NCBI GenBank assembly: GCA_028023455.1
Contig: JAQFVV010000003.1
Span: forward strand, 682,001 to 746,000
Length of the DNA: 64,000 nucleotides
From: Epiperipatus broadwayi
Lineage: Eukaryota; Animalia; Onychophora
Reading direction: 5' to 3'
In this document: piece by piece, positions 1 through 13,700 of the stretch
Position numbering within the stretch: position 1 is the first letter of the stretch
Layout: each line of letters begins with the position of its first letter
The notes under the pieces: model-generated
What the model was told of the DNA's origin: nothing
The model's database searches: none
Seen by the model: the letters and a program-made list of their open reading frames with translations, nothing else
Position numbers and translations under genes: made by a program

Positions 1-603
1 ACCACACATTATATATACTATTAAAAACTACCCACAAATCCATTCACTTCCCATCCACCCTTAATATTAAAAGAACTCTTAAATAAGTTAATTGCTTCAG
101 AATAATAAATTTTCAATAATAAAGACTCTTTAATTCTTCTTTTGATTTCATTTCTCTCAAAGAAGACAACCTTAGCTTCATCAAAATCAATAGTGTGGCC
201 TGTATCTTTTTCATGGACATACAAAGTAGAGTTAAAAATAGATATCTTAGTTCTGCTTTGTATGTCCATGAAAAAGATACAGGCCACACTATTGATTTTG
301 ATGAAGCTAAGGTTGTCTTCTTTGAGAGAAATGAAATCAAAAGAAGAATTAAAGAGTCTTTATTATTGAAAATTTATTATTCTGAAGCAATTAACTTATT
401 TAAGAGTTCTTTTAATATTAAGGGTGGATGGGAAGTGAATGGATTTGTGGGTAGTTTTTAATAGTATATATAATGTGTGGGTTTTTTTTTTGTAGTTCTT
501 TACACTTGAGAAGTCTGCTTGTAGCAGTGAAACCTTAGGTTGTGTTTTAATATTATTTTTATTCTGGTCTGGTTTAATTTTAGATTTGGGGTAGTTTTGA
601 TTT
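1..603 (+). mobile_element. Penelope-like element 3' fragment (GIY-YIG C-terminal half plus 3' tail) with an inverted copy, forming a ~480-bp fold-back; the left arm runs off the window
   Basis: Bases 2-230 are the reverse complement of 252-480 (centre ~241). ORFs 195..461(+) and 21..287(-) give the same peptide HEKDTGHTIDFDEAKVVFFERNEIKRRIKESLLLK, which resembles PLE endonuclease C-termini. An HHR-like motif at 502-545 follows, and the tail ends in (TA)n at 604-625. Confidence 0.75.
502..545 (+). ncRNA. Degenerate minimal hammerhead ribozyme motif in PLE 3' tail
   Basis: ACAC-ttgagaa-gtCTGCT tgt AGCAGt-GAAA-CCTTAGG-TT-GTGT. Stems I, II and III are present, but the CUGANGA box is mutated. 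Confidence 0.5.
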
Positions 604-651
604 TATATATATATATATATATATATTCTATATATATTTATATATTTATAT

Positions 652-661
652 TTTCAAATAT

Positions 662-699
<38 letters not shown>

Positions 700-714
700 A
701 TTTAATATTTGAAA
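652..714. repeat. 17-bp perfect inverted repeat enclosing a (TA)n tract
   Basis: TTTCAAATATTAAATAT (652-668) and ATATTTAATATTTGAAA (698-714). Confidence 0.7.
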
Positions 715-2770
715 CTTACAGCTGCACAATAATATGTTATAGATTCCAAAGAATAAAAAATCATAAATGCTATATAAACTGAAATACCCCAGAAGTACCT
801 AATTTTCCTTGTTTGTGGGGGAAAATCTTTTATATTGCATATGTATATAATCATATTTTTTAAATGTTATTCTTTAATTTTTTACTTTATGTTATAAAAA
901 TGAAATATGCCTATGAATATGGAAAGGAGAATTTTTAATAGCCATTCTAACTATCATAAGAACAATTACAAAGACTTCAGACTATTAAAATAAAGTATGG
1001 AAGATATATGTTACAAGTAGCAAGAAGATATTTGAAACAAAATATACAAGTGAGAGAACAAATGTAACACTGAAACAATTAAAAGACTAAAAAGAAGTTG
1101 GGTTGGTATGTATTACTAAAAGAGATGATAATTTAAAAGAATGTAAAATAATTTAAGAAAGTGTGCTAATGTGATAACAGCACTACCATGTGATAAAAGA
1201 TATCTTTGTGCAAGGTAAATTTTAGGCTTCCCCATTTTCTAATAAATAAAATTTGTAAATTAGAAAAACTTGAAAATATGGTTTTACTCATTTAACATGT
1301 TTGGTAAATACTTTAAGTGTTTTATTCATTTATTTCTAGAAAATAAATAAACCCAGAGATCATGCTGAAATAAAACAAATTAATGTTCAAAAACTAATTT
1401 TTGAAACAATAATTAAATAATACCTTAAAACAAAAATATTTATTTAATAAATTTAAAATATTTAATTTTATCTTTCAAAATATTTGATACTATTTTTTGG
1501 ACAATTCTCTGATATTGCTAGTAGAAATAGAAAATATCTGCAAATAAGATAATTTCTTAAAAAAATAAGTGTTTTTATCACATATAAAAGAACCACCACC
1601 ACACACAACCATGAAGGCATTGCACTTCTCCTCCTCCTCTCAGACTGGTTCTGATATTATATAAACAATTCTAATTTATGTACATGATTATTAAAAATAT
1701 TATCTACAGCAGAGTATGATTCTCTTGAATGCTTTTACTTTGAGCTCCATTCCACATGGTGAGGAAAAAAGAGAGATGGACTTATCTCCATTATTTTTTC
1801 TAAACCAATATTTAGATCAACTTTAAGTGCATTGTTTATTTTAAAACTCATTCAAAGTCTCTCATGCATAAACTTATTCACATTTTCTATTAACAAAGTT
1901 ATACTTCTTCAGTAATAAAATATTTATATTATTATTTAATTGTCATGTGTGTGTTATTCCACTAATAATAATTATAATTTATTATAAATAAAATATCTGA
2001 TACTTTAACTTTTATACTTAGATTATTTATTGATATAACTTTAATATTTCATTAAAGCCACCAAACTAGGTCAATTTTATAACATGTCTATTTTAATCTT
2101 TTCATTTTCATTAGCAGCTAATCATTAAATATAGTTCTTTGTTTTAAAAGATCAATTACTTTTAATTCAGAACTCCTCATGCACATAACTTGTTTACATT
2201 TTTTATTAAAGAAAATAAGGTAATTTCACTTGTTTTCATTCCATAATAAAATGTGTATGCTACCATATTATTTTATTTTTTAATTCTTGTTATTAACTAG
2301 GTCTTAATATATGTATTATTATACTTTATTATATAATATGGCAATTAGAAAATTAGTCAGGATTTATTTAAGGGAAGACATTTTAAATTTTCATATTTAG
2401 ATTGTTTATTCAATACATTTTTAGAAGCCACTAAAATGTTTTATGCTTTATTTTGTTTATTTATAGATTATATTGAATAACTATATAAAAAAAATAATCA
2501 AACACTTGATTTGTTTTACTAGATGTATTTTTAATTTTGTCATTTGTGCAACTATGTGCAGGTTTTATTATAATCAAGAGAATTGCATTAAAAATATCAT
2601 TATCATGTAATTTATTAAAAATTGCATATTTTGGCATGCAATAATATATTTTTAAAAATTATGTTTTTTATTTATTCTGATATCCTTAGATTTGAATTGT
2701 ACTGTGTTATGGATCAATTATGAGTTTTTAGCTAGAGAACAAACTTGAGTTCATGTCCAAGGAAAAACTG

Positions 2771-2990
2771 TTTAGTAAAACGTGTAAAATAAAAATATGG
2801 CATAAAGAAAAATATAATATTATTATTAAATATAGAAAAAGATATTTAGTAAAACATGTAAAAAGATAATACAGCATAAAAAACTGATAATATTGTTTTT
2901 AAAAACAAGAAAAACTATTTACTAAAATATGTAAAAAGATAATACAGCATAATAAAAAAAGAGAGAAGGATAATATTGTTATTAAAAAAG
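2771..2990. repeat. Degenerate tandem repeat, ~73-74 bp x3
   Basis: TTTAGTAAAAC(G/A)TGTAAAA-like starts at 2771, 2845 and 2918. A similar stretch follows the hairpin at ~27285-27350. Confidence 0.6.
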
Positions 2991-3124
2991 CCTTGCACAA
3001 GACAGCATAGGAATTGTTCCTGGGACTTCACATTCCAGAGTCAATGATTACTCTAAATTGAAGAAGACATATAAAGTCTGTAAAATATCATTTATAAACA
3101 TAATTTTATAACATGCAGAATTAC

Positions 3125-3730
3125 TGTAATTATGAGGCAATATTTTTAAATTAAGTTTTATTTTTAAATAAGTTATTAATACTAATGTGGTACTTCTTAT
3201 ATAAATTAGGATATTTAAATAAAATTGATTGGAAAATCTAAACATTTCATTTACATATAAATTTTATTAATTATTGTGATGAAAGAGCTTGGTTTGCTAC
3301 AATTGTAGAATATATATGCAATATATTTCAAGACAGACAATTGTCACAATAAGTTAAATTAAAGAAGTATTCTTTTTATATTTAAATAAACAATATTTAC
3401 AATTAGAATGTGCTTCTAATAATAAAATAACTTAGAAATCTAAACATTTACATATAAGTTTATAATATTAACTATTATGACAAAACATATTTGGTCTGTT
3501 TTGGTTTAGTGCAATAATAAGAGTAGATTTGCTGTGTTTTTGATCTCAAACCTCGAAATTCAAGGCTCTGACAATTTTACAATAAGTTTAAATGAAGTAT
3601 TTACACTCAGAAGGTATTTCTATCAATGAAGTGATAAAAAAATGTAAACATTTTTATTTACATATAAATTTTATTAGATATCTTGGTGTCTTAGCACCAT
3701 CATTACTTTGTGCTCTACACAATCTGCACA
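3125..3730. repeat. Old dispersed repeat with internal ~200-bp periodicity; a related copy lies at ~28340-28750
   Basis: AAATCTAAACATTT..TTTACATATAA recurs near 3235, 3437 and 3640. The block ATTATGAGGCAATATTTTT..AAATAAGTT is shared with ~28345. Confidence 0.5.
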
Positions 3731-6700
3731 CCCGCACATGTCAATCCTGTGTAATGCAATAAAGAGAGAGGCTAGGGATTAAACTTGGAGAGACACTTAT
3801 CTCATAGTGAATTAATAATGGTTGAAAATAATGATGATGATGATTTCAGACAAGACAAATCTTTTTAACATGGAATATCATAGACAACAATATTTTTTTC
3901 ATGTTAACCATAGCCAAAAGAGAAAATATTATATTAAAACTATAAGACAGCACATATCAAAAGAAGTCCAATCCTAAACATATAATGTAATGAATAACAA
4001 TTATTATATTAGTATATTTCAAAAATATTGTTTTAATATTTTAATACAACAAAAATTAAATTAAAAAAATATATGTAAAATATAAAAGATTTTTTAAAAA
4101 AAAAGTGTTTTGTTTTTGAACATATGTACATTTTACCTTGTTACATTGAACACTGTGTAATCCTCAATGGGTAAGTGTACCCGAAAATTTTTGTAATCTT
4201 TTATTAATAAAGGTTACCTTTGAAAGTAAAAAAAAATTATTATTTATACAAAAGTACTCACGCTTTTATAAAAATTTAAAAAAATCATATTTGATCGCTT
4301 TTTTATTTTTTTTATTAAAATAAAATAGAAAACAAAAAGATTTTTGACTAATTGCATAAAATGCATGTCTAAAAGTAAAGAAAATGTTTCTTTCATCTTT
4401 TTAAAATTTTTATCACTGCATTCATTAGCTCAAATTTGATTTATTATTCTGCAACTATTCTCCATGATAAAAATTCTCAACCACTTCTCAATTCCCATGA
4501 TAGCAACTACCTAAAGTATTGGGGACTTCGTTCCATCTACATTTAATATCTTATATTAAGAATAAATAATCATTGTGCTGTAGAAATATTTTTATTTTTT
4601 TTAAAGACATTTATCAATACTTTCGTTATCTCAAATTGTATTATCTCATATTTATCCACAAATGAAAAATAGTTAATATAACAAATAGGGAATAGAGATA
4701 TTTGAAAAAAAGTCAAAACTGCATCAAATCACATTAAAAGTGTTTAAAAAGGTCCTTCAACAACAACAACAACAACAAATAAATTAAAAGTTTCTATTAC
4801 TTTAAAAAATTGTTTCAAGTTTTTAATTTCTTATAATTATTTTTTTCATGTTTCCAATATTTTTTTTTATAGTATAATATCAACAGATATTTTAAGCTAA
4901 TGAAATTTATACTAAGAGTATTGTATTAACTGCCACTATTTCTATATCCGTTTTGATTAAAATTGAAATTTTATCACATAAGGCAGTATTTTATGTTAAA
5001 TATTTATATGTAAGGTTTATTCTATATATATAAACTATAAAAATTGCCAATTATTTTAGTTATATAACACACATTATTCTAATTCTTACATGAGAAAACT
5101 TGAAAAAGTTACCTACGAAGTAAAAAAAAAAAAGGACAACTTTCTAAATAAAAAAAAAAGTCATTTGTCATTGCCAAATTCTTTTTATCAGCTATCTGAA
5201 CTCATTAAAATAACTTGGAATCACAGACATTACAAATAACTAGAAACCATTTCTAAGATTTTAACTTCATCTTTCATTATCCATGAATTTATGCTAACAC
5301 TTTGAAACAAATCTTTAGAAATACTGTTAACTGACAACAAACATTTTTAAATGTCTATTCTCAGAAGTTTAAAGTCTGTCAAACACAGACTTTTTTTTTA
5401 TTTAAAAAACATTAGTATGTTATATCAGAGTAGGTTTACAATTAAATTGATAAAAAAAAAAACAATGTCTGTATGTGTATCGGATCTTTTTACTTTAAAT
5501 AATTTATTTTTAATATTAAATAAGCAACAAGCTCTCTTCTTTATTTCACATTTTGCTCGTATTTCTAAATCAAAACAACTATGTAATAGTAGAATAAATT
5601 AATGGAAAGTAAATGGCAGTATAAATATATTTATTATGACATTATTCGCCCTATTGATTTGCAGTCTTAACGTTAAACAGTAGGTTAGAGGTAAAAAATG
5701 AGTAGTGTCTGCAAAGAGTAGTTAGTATCTTCTACCCCAAAGCAGATTATAGAAAGAAATCTGCTCTTTGTGTCGATAAATTATTGGAAAAACACATGTA
5801 ACTATTTTTTAAATGCCATATGACTTCAGAGCAATAGAAATGCTTAAAACAATGCTGAAAGTGAACAATCTGTTATAGGAAATCAAAAAAATATTTTTCA
5901 AACAATCCATCAATAGATAATTCAATTACTTAATGATGTGACAAATTTGACTAGATAATCTCAGTTAAAACATCAAGATAAACGACCTAATTTCTGAAAT
6001 GATCAGTTTATACACATTTCTAAAAACAGCATGTTGTGTTTTGTGTATAATGTAATCATAAATGATATTTTATATAAATAATGTATTCACTGTTTCAATT
6101 TTTTATGAGACATAATCTAATAATAATCACAATTTTAGTGCAATTGTAATTTTAAACCATTTTGTATATTAAACAATTAAATAAATCAAATCAAAACAAA
6201 TTCAGAAAGTCAAGCATCACTAAAGTATCAAAATGACACACACTCATTACTTTCATTCAGTTGATCAGATTATAATATTTTTTTTATTTTCTCCAAATAA
6301 GAATTTATCTGGGAACCTTTAGTTTTTTGATCATTTTTACACTTAGCCATTTTAGTTATTTAATACATCAACCACATGCCTTTAAGAGAGACTTTTAATA
6401 ACTTAAAAAAAACAAAGGTCTTATTTTTCTAAATAACCTTTAAATCACTATTATGCTAGGCCATTTCAGTTAGTTAAAATATTTTCACATCCAAATAAGA
6501 ATCTTTTAATACCTTTGAAAGTTAAATTAAATTTTATTCAAATTTTATATGATTGATGATGGCTAACAAAAAAGTTGAAATATTTTAATAATTGAAAACA
6601 AAATAAATTTTCTTTCATTGACTAAATTTTAGTCACAGTAATAAATCAAAATATCCATCTAATCATTATAAATAAATTAATAATTGTTTCTTCATTTCTT

Positions 6701-7283
6701 TTATCTTCTTTTAAAATAATCTACTCATAATTAAATATATATTTAAAAAATCTTCAATCTATCTTTTTTTTTCTTCAAAGTTTGTTTAATTAAACAAGAG
6801 TCATATAATTTTTATACTAAATCATACAAAAAAATAAATACACCTTGTAGTTTAGTCATATATTATAATTATTTCCAGTAGTTTAAAATCTTCTTTAAAT
6901 AAACATAAATAAAAGATTGCAAAATATACCTAATCTGAAACAATACTCACAGTGAGTTTAAATACAAAATTTAATTATATTTATTGTTCTTAGTATATAA
7001 AAAGGCATTAAATTATTAAAATGAAAATTTTCTCATAACAACAAATAAGCAAAAAATAATTAAATTCAAAATTAAAATTGAAACTATTTAATTAAAATGT
7101 AGTGAAGTACTATTAAAAGAGAATTAGATGAATTGAAATTTTTATGTTTAGGATAGATAATGGAAAAACAAAGATGAGTAAATATCAGTGAATGTAGAGA
7201 AAATTTTAAACTTTATTTAAACTTTTCAAATACAAACAACTTGTTAGTAATAACACATAAATAGACAACACAGGTTAGTAATT

Positions 7284-7328
7284 ACACAATATTTCGAGTA
7301 GTATTATTCTCCACTCTTCTTCAGGTGT
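7284..7328 (-). ncRNA. Minimal type I hammerhead ribozyme, core intact
   Basis: ACAC-CTGAAGA-A-GAGTGG agaataata CTACTC-GAAA-TA-TT-GTGT. Stem III is the palindrome ATAT and the cleavage triplet is AUU. Confidence 0.7.
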
Positions 7329-7363
7329 TGCTGGCCTATATGCACAGTGACAATGTTTACTTA

Positions 7364-7435
7364 GAAGTTGAACTCGCACCTTTAGATTCTTGAATAATGA
7401 ATTTAAGGCAAACGCTCTACCAACTGAGCTATTCT
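7364..7435 (-). promoter_or_regulatory. tRNA-Phe-like Pol III internal promoter (A box/D arm and B box); not a functional tRNA
   Basis: Minus strand reads AGAATAGCTCAGTTGGTAGAGCGTT...AAGAATCTAAAGGTGCGAGTTCAAC. The D arm GCTC/GAGC is intact and the flanks resemble eukaryotic tRNA-Phe (GAGCGTTAGACTGAAGATCTAAAGGTC). There is no acceptor stem and the anticodon region carries an insertion. Confidence 0.65.
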
Positions 7436-7789
7436 TTTAATATCTTTTGTGTTGTATATAGTAATATGTTGGACTATTTCCAATATCTAGTTGAATTATT
7501 AAATGGTTTTAGAACATTTTATAATTTATTTATATTTTAAAAAAACATTCAATTATTACTGTGGTATGGAGCACAGTGTTTCAAGTGGTATTTTTTCTTC
7601 TTTGGATGCTGTTGATCTTTGATGGCTACCATAGCACTCAGATTCATAAATATTAATTTAAGAACTCACTAATTAATTAGGCTAATCAGTCAAAGACAAT
7701 TGTCAGTAGATGTTTTATATGTTTATCAGGACTCTCCTCATTTCTTCATTATTTATTTTTAAAGACAAGGTTAATGAGTGTTTTTTAAC

Positions 7790-8370
7790 TATTACGAACT
7801 ATCACACTAAGTTTATATATGAAAGTACTTGCCATTTAATATGAGCAATGTCTTTATGTTATTTTTACACCCTCTTTTTTGCCCAGTATATTTTCTACTC
7901 CCTAATTAAACATATTTTCATTGGTACATACATGGTTTTTTTATTTTACACACATGCAGCTTTTTATTTTTAATCATTGTTTTATGTTATTTTAATTGTT
8001 AATTTGTGAGATGTCTACTTTCAGTAATATGTTTTCTTTTCTATCCACATGATATTTCATAGATTTTATTTTTCAGTATTTTAATTTTAGGTTTGTGGAA
8101 GATAGGATATTTCATAGTATTTGGGAAACTGTTCTAATATTATGTTAATTGCAGATGCATTTTAATTCATCTATCATCACTGTTATACATAATACAAGAT
8201 ACATATCATTTTTGATGTTCCTTTTTGTTGTATATTTAAAGTTTTTTAATGTTAGCTCACCCTTTGTGAACCAAGTCAATGTCTTCTGAACAACTTGTTT
8301 TTGCTTTATTCTACAGTAATAAACTAATTCTATTTCCGAGGTTTTAATAATAATTGAATGCATATTTTAA
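7790..8370 (-). pseudogene. Heavily degraded PLE linker plus GIY-YIG region, same family as 57770-59150
   Basis: Minus strand AAAATCTATGAAATATCATGTGGATAG (KIYEISCG*) at ~8041-8067 aligns by eye with IYEIPCKCG at 58498. The flanking blocks also align. Confidence 0.55.
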
Positions 8371-9829
8371 GTATTGTCCTAATGGGGGAAGGGGGGAGTA
8401 CATGCTTTTTAAAGAATAGTCTTGATTTTGCTATGAGCTAATTTTATTACCAGGAATATCTAACAATGCCAGTTGTTATTTTTGATCTAATTCCAGTGCA
8501 AATATATCCAGAAAAGTGTATATAAAGTTTGAATTATTCTAAAGACATTTAACAATTCAACTAATTTATGGAAATAGCCTAACATGTAACTATAAATAAA
8601 ATATCAGCACAAACTTTCAAACAACAATACAATGTAAAATGTTATTTTATATGAGATATTAATTTTCATAATATGTTACTTTTCATATTATAATCTATAT
8701 ACTTGTTTTATTTTTTTAGATAAAAGGATTGCAATCTTTTAAATAATGACCATAATATTTGATTTACACATAGGATATATTAATTTTATTGCTTTTTAGA
8801 ATAAAATTTGAATGATTCATATTAATAAACAAATTTAATAAAATAAAAAACGGCTATAGACCCCTGCTCCTGTGTAGTATTTTTAATAATTGAAGGTTTA
8901 CAAGTAGCTAAGTTTCTTAACTCAGTCTTTAATTGTTTATTATTTATAAAAGAAAAAACAGTATTAAATTTAATTTGAAATTAATTAAAAAAAGTTAACA
9001 ATATGGAATTCATAAAAAATAAAAAAATAAAAACAATCATAGTACATGATGTTGTCGGTGACTGCATTCTTTACAAAGTTTTCTCTAAGCTATACATTTT
9101 TCACTTCAATTTAAAAAAAAAAAAAAGAATTAATAGTCTTGAAGAATCCTGTGTAAAAACTGCTTATGAGAAAAGCAGGATTTTTCTAAACAAAAGTCAT
9201 GGGTTTAACAACAATAAAAAATATTAATTTAAGTTATCTTCATGGTTTATTTATATCTTGCAAATTAGTAAGCATTAGCTAATTCTAAAAATCAAAACCA
9301 ATTACTTTTTGATTTATTTTGTTTTTAAACATTTTCATATTTATTTCATATCATATACATAGAATTGATGGGGAAAAAAAAATCATAAAACAGAATAGAT
9401 ACAGAATGAAAATTTTTTAAATATATAATTAATAAATAGTGACCCATTATTATTTTTTTAATCAATTAATATCCTGCAGTTATACAATAATTATTTTTTC
9501 TAAAATTTATAAAACATTTGTAATCATTTTAACATCAATTTTTTTTTGGTTTTACTATTCTCCCAAATTTACTGTGTATTTTTAACATATGCCTAGATAG
9601 GATCATGTTTGCAGCTTTTCCTTTCTATAACATATATATTCGATATTTATAACCAAACATTTCTCTTATTAAATGTTCATACTGTATATCATTCATCTTC
9701 ACTGTTTTTCTTATGTTATTTTACGTGTAGCTTTCCTTTACATGATATTTAATAAATCTGTTTAACTCAATCATTTCCATCAACTCTTTTTTACATTTTG
9801 GATCATCTCCCCCCCTCCACTCCATTTCT

Positions 9830-10450
9830 TGTTTTTCTCTAAATATATTCAAAATGTACATAAAATATACACAATTAATTTCATAAGATGTATATTTTTT
9901 AAAATTATGTGTTTCACGTGTTTCAGTATTCTCAAGCAATCTTTTCCTTGTCTTTCTTCTCTATATTTTAAAATAGTTATATTCAAAATGTGTATCATGA
10001 ATTCTCACATTCAATTTTATAAGATGTACATTTTTGAAATTATTTTAATTTTTTGTTTGAATTTGTCCAGCAATCTCTTTCTCTCTTTCCCATCCTTATT
10101 TCTAAGTTAACATATTCAGAACGTGTGATACAAGTACACATATTTAAGTTTATAAAGCGTTTATTTTTTAAATTATTCTCTTTAGCTCACTTAAATTTCT
10201 CAAACCTTTGCTCTCGCTATTTCTGTCTCCTCCCTAGTTTTAAATGCATATATTCAAAATATGTGTCATAATACAGTCATTTAATTTTATGAGGCGTATA
10301 TTTTTTAAATCATTCTTTTCATCTTTCACGACTTCCTCTGTTATTCTCTTTCTTGCCTTCTCCTATCTCTCTCTCTGAATACTTATATTTAAATTGTGTG
10401 TAACAAACACACATTTAACTTTCATAGAAGTATATTTTTTTAAATTACCC
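9830..10450. repeat. Diverged tandem repeat, ~135 bp x ~4.6
   Basis: TATATTCAAAATGTG-like starts near 9844, 9978, 10111, 10248 and 10385. Each is followed by TTT(C)ATAAGATGTATATTTTTTAAA-like and CT-rich blocks. Confidence 0.75.
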
Positions 10451-12206
10451 TCATCATCATAAATTTTCATAATTATAGACAGATTCCTGAAAAAAAAAAA
10501 GGGCTGTAAAATTTTAATCCGAAACTTACACTAAATTCTACTTTTAAATCAGTGCATCTTTAAACTTTTAATTTGAAAATTGCAATAATTTCTTTTTAAT
10601 TTTGTCTAAAATAAAATAGTGGGTAATTAAAGTTTTATTATTTTAAAGATAACTGCTAAATTCTTGAGAGATGATTGAATGCTGTTCTCTGGTGATTAAT
10701 AAAACATCTCTGTAGTTCTTTTATGAGATGCGGTGGAAGACATTTACAGCCAAAACAAAACACCAATAAAATAGAAAATATTATTTAGAGTTTTTAAGTG
10801 AGAAATAACTGCAATATGTCCAATTAAATTTAAACAATGATTAAATATCGCTGTTATTGCATTAAGTCATTAAATGAACTTATTTAAGATGTTAAATAAC
10901 AAACAAGTAATTTAAATAATATTTGTCACGATCAATTGATCTATAGCAGATTACCAAAATTTGTGACACTCTCCTTAACATTGTTCAATAATATGATAGA
11001 ATTTTTTCACACAATAATACCCCCCCCCCATTAATAGCCATTACAATTTTGGATTACTGTATATAATTTAGTGATACCAACTATTTATATAAGAAACAAT
11101 ATTATCTCTGGATATTTTTTCATTGGACACTTATTGAACAAAAGTCAAGTATCACATGCTCTACACAATCAAGTGTCTTGTTAGTTAATAATAAAAAACA
11201 CTCGGACATATAAATAGATTGAGCTGATTTCAGAGTTATATAGCTGGTTATGAATACTGACTTGAATTTATAATCTTAGAATAGAAGTAATCAATCACAA
11301 GCTAAGTAGTAAATATAAGTAAAGAGACTAATTTGTAAATGAAATGAAACAGCTTCTCATATCTGAATTAGATAAAGCCAGAAAAAAGTCATTTTTTTAA
11401 GTGTTTACTTATACTGTGATGTATAAAATAAAATTTTAAAAAATCACAGTTATCCTTTATATTTAGTCTAAAAATTTTGTACAAGTTATGAAATCACATC
11501 CAACTTATAATTAACTTCTCTGCTAACTTAACTGTTGCTGTTAAACATTAAAAAAATAATTGTACTGTTAGTTGCTCAGGAGGTCATGTCAATTTTGAGG
11601 ACATGAACGGCAGATTAAGCATCCTTACGTGATTTTTTAAACTTTAATTGGTTAAAAATCAATCCAAAATCTTTTTTTTTTAATTTATGTTATCGATTAC
11701 ATGCTAATGAAGTAAATATTTTAATTATTTACAATTAATAAATCAAATGATTTATTGATTGGGAATTCATAAAAAAATTGAGCACCATAAGTGACAGATC
11801 TGGCGCCTTAATTCATGATCTTTGAGGTCCGGGGTCTATCACTCTATTGTTGCAACAAACTATACAGAGTTATTCACAAGTAATAAATTGTTACATTAGA
11901 AAACAACTATTTATATTTATATACACACATTTACTGAATGTGCAATTATTTATCCTTACCATACCATTAGTATTAATTGTTTTTTCTTAATAAGTAAATA
12001 TTTAGTTGCATCAACCAATTTGACTTTTTTAATATACTTGTTTTTATCAAATATAAAAATTTATTTTTTTCATTAATTTTGACTAGTATTCTTTGAATTA
12101 ATTAAAAGGGATTTGAACACAGCCTTTCAAGCGCCCTTCAGTTATCCAGTTTATCTTATATAAGCGATACACATGATTACATACATGTGAAAAAGATAAA
12201 TGATCT

Positions 12207-12254
12207 TCAATATATATATATATATTTCATGCTAAATCGACACTCATCAGTTGG
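12207..12254 (-). ncRNA. Hammerhead ribozyme: core boxes intact, stem II damaged, stem III is (TA)n
   Basis: CCAA-CTGATGA-GTGTCGATTTAGCAT-GAAA-TATATATATATA-TA-TTGA. Confidence 0.6.
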
Positions 12255-12491
12255 TCCAGATCATCTCTCTCTCTCACACACACATATATAATCAATGCTC
12301 AGATTATATTAAGATAGCAAATCTACAATCTTTAATGGACAGACTTCAATCATCTCTACTCACTAACTCTTCAGTCATCCATATCATTGAAAATCTGATG
12401 ATTGAAGCCTGACCATTAAAATTTATTGATTATCTATCTTAATATAAACGAATCACTGATTACATATGTGTGTGAGATATGATAAACTGGA

Positions 12492-12533
12492 CCAACTGAT
12501 GAGTGCTGGTTCAGCATGAAATACATATATTGG
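12492..12533 (+). ncRNA. Minimal type I hammerhead ribozyme
   Basis: CCAA-CTGATGA-GTGCTG gtt CAGCAT-GAAA-TACATA-TA-TTGG, with cleavage triplet AUA. Confidence 0.8.
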
Positions 12534-13329
12534 AGACCATTTGTCTTTTTCATGTATGTGGCCATGTGTATTGGTTATATAAGATAAAGTGGGTGACTGA
12601 AGGGAACTTGAAAGTCTGTGCTCAAATCCCCTTTATTTACATCTACCTTAAATATATACACTATATTGTATTTAAATATTCTTAGAATTGTAAATAGGAT
12701 TTGATAAATTCATGGGTTATTCATCCATATCAATAACCTGACTCTGTCATAATTAAGTTTATGATAATGTTTTATTAGATTTGAAACTTGCTTAAATCTC
12801 TATTGAAGTATATTATACTTCTGAGTAATATAGACATTTTAGGTTATTGCACTTCAAAGTTACCTTTCTACGACAATTAGTATGCAAGATCAAAGGATTA
12901 TGTCAACAATCTGTGAAAAGAATTTTTTTTTCTGCTGTCGTGTTAAATCTATAACATTTGAAATATAGTGGTTTTGATTTTTCTTTTTGTTTTTAAACAA
13001 TATATATATATACAAAAAAAGTGACAACATGAGAAAAAAAGTTATAGTAAAACAATTATTGATTTTTATTGTGATTGACTCAATTATTGGCAGAAGGATG
13101 AATGTTAACTACCTATTATTGTTTAATGCATAAACATATTAAAGCATTGTCAAAAGCACACACACAAAAAAAGGGAATATACTTTCATAAACTAAATCAT
13201 AAAAATGTATATACAAGACTGAACCAATGCCTGATAAATATCATTATTGTCTTTTTGGTTTTATTTTTTTCATATAAATGTTTTCTTCTTTTTTTTTTAT
13301 GAAGTATTAATAACTTTATTTTTAGTAAG

Positions 13330-13700
13330 TGTTAAAAACATATCATGGGCACTCAGAATACTGAACACAAAATATTGAGATACGATGGATAGTGGATTGG
13401 TTTTCAAATCTTAAGTTAAGTGTAAATAATCAACGAGAAATGTTCAAACAAGACTGCATTCAGATGCTTTATAGAATATGATGCTAGATTTTCAAAGGCT
13501 AGTTGATGTTTTGGAGATAACCACTGCTGATAAAAAACTAATTAATGTAAGATGGAAAGAGATTTATTAATTTTAATGAATGAAAGGGAATATTAAGCAT
13601 TTTTAACAACATCCAATAAATATAACAATTGATAGTAATATCTCTACAACATCTGTTTTTCAATTATGTGGCTACAAAAGACATCTGCTCTCATTGCCAA
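13330..13700 (+). pseudogene. Very degraded CR1/L2-like RT fragment
   Basis: WIVDWFSNLKLSV-like segment followed by a possible FADD-like remnant, with many frameshifts. Confidence 0.3.

Larger units (their letters stand above)
7188..7482 (-). mobile_element. Solo PLE terminal-repeat (pLTR) fragment: tRNA-like head plus hammerhead plus AT-rich tail
   Basis: Homologous to 58865-59150, 59593-59890 and 60465-60757. Confidence 0.8.
12105..12634. mobile_element. Older fold-back copy of the 474-bp HHR retrozyme-like family, with two outward-facing arms
   Basis: AAAGGGATTTGAACACAGCCTTTCAAG at the left end pairs with CTTGAAAGTCTGTGCTCAAATCCCCTTT at the right end. The spacer is ~12350-12400. The sequence is homologous to 22034-23306. 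Confidence 0.8.

Noticed and set aside
1873-1917. Minus-strand CTGAAGA...GAAA with TTATT/AATAA stem
   Set aside because: The cleavage triplet would end in G and stems are out of register; plausible chance match in AT-rich DNA.
7364-7435. Functional tRNA gene
   Set aside because: No acceptor stem, anticodon arm disrupted, and part of a repeated mobile element.
11785-11850. Possible decayed tRNA-SINE head
   Set aside because: Too degenerate, with no clear A or B box.
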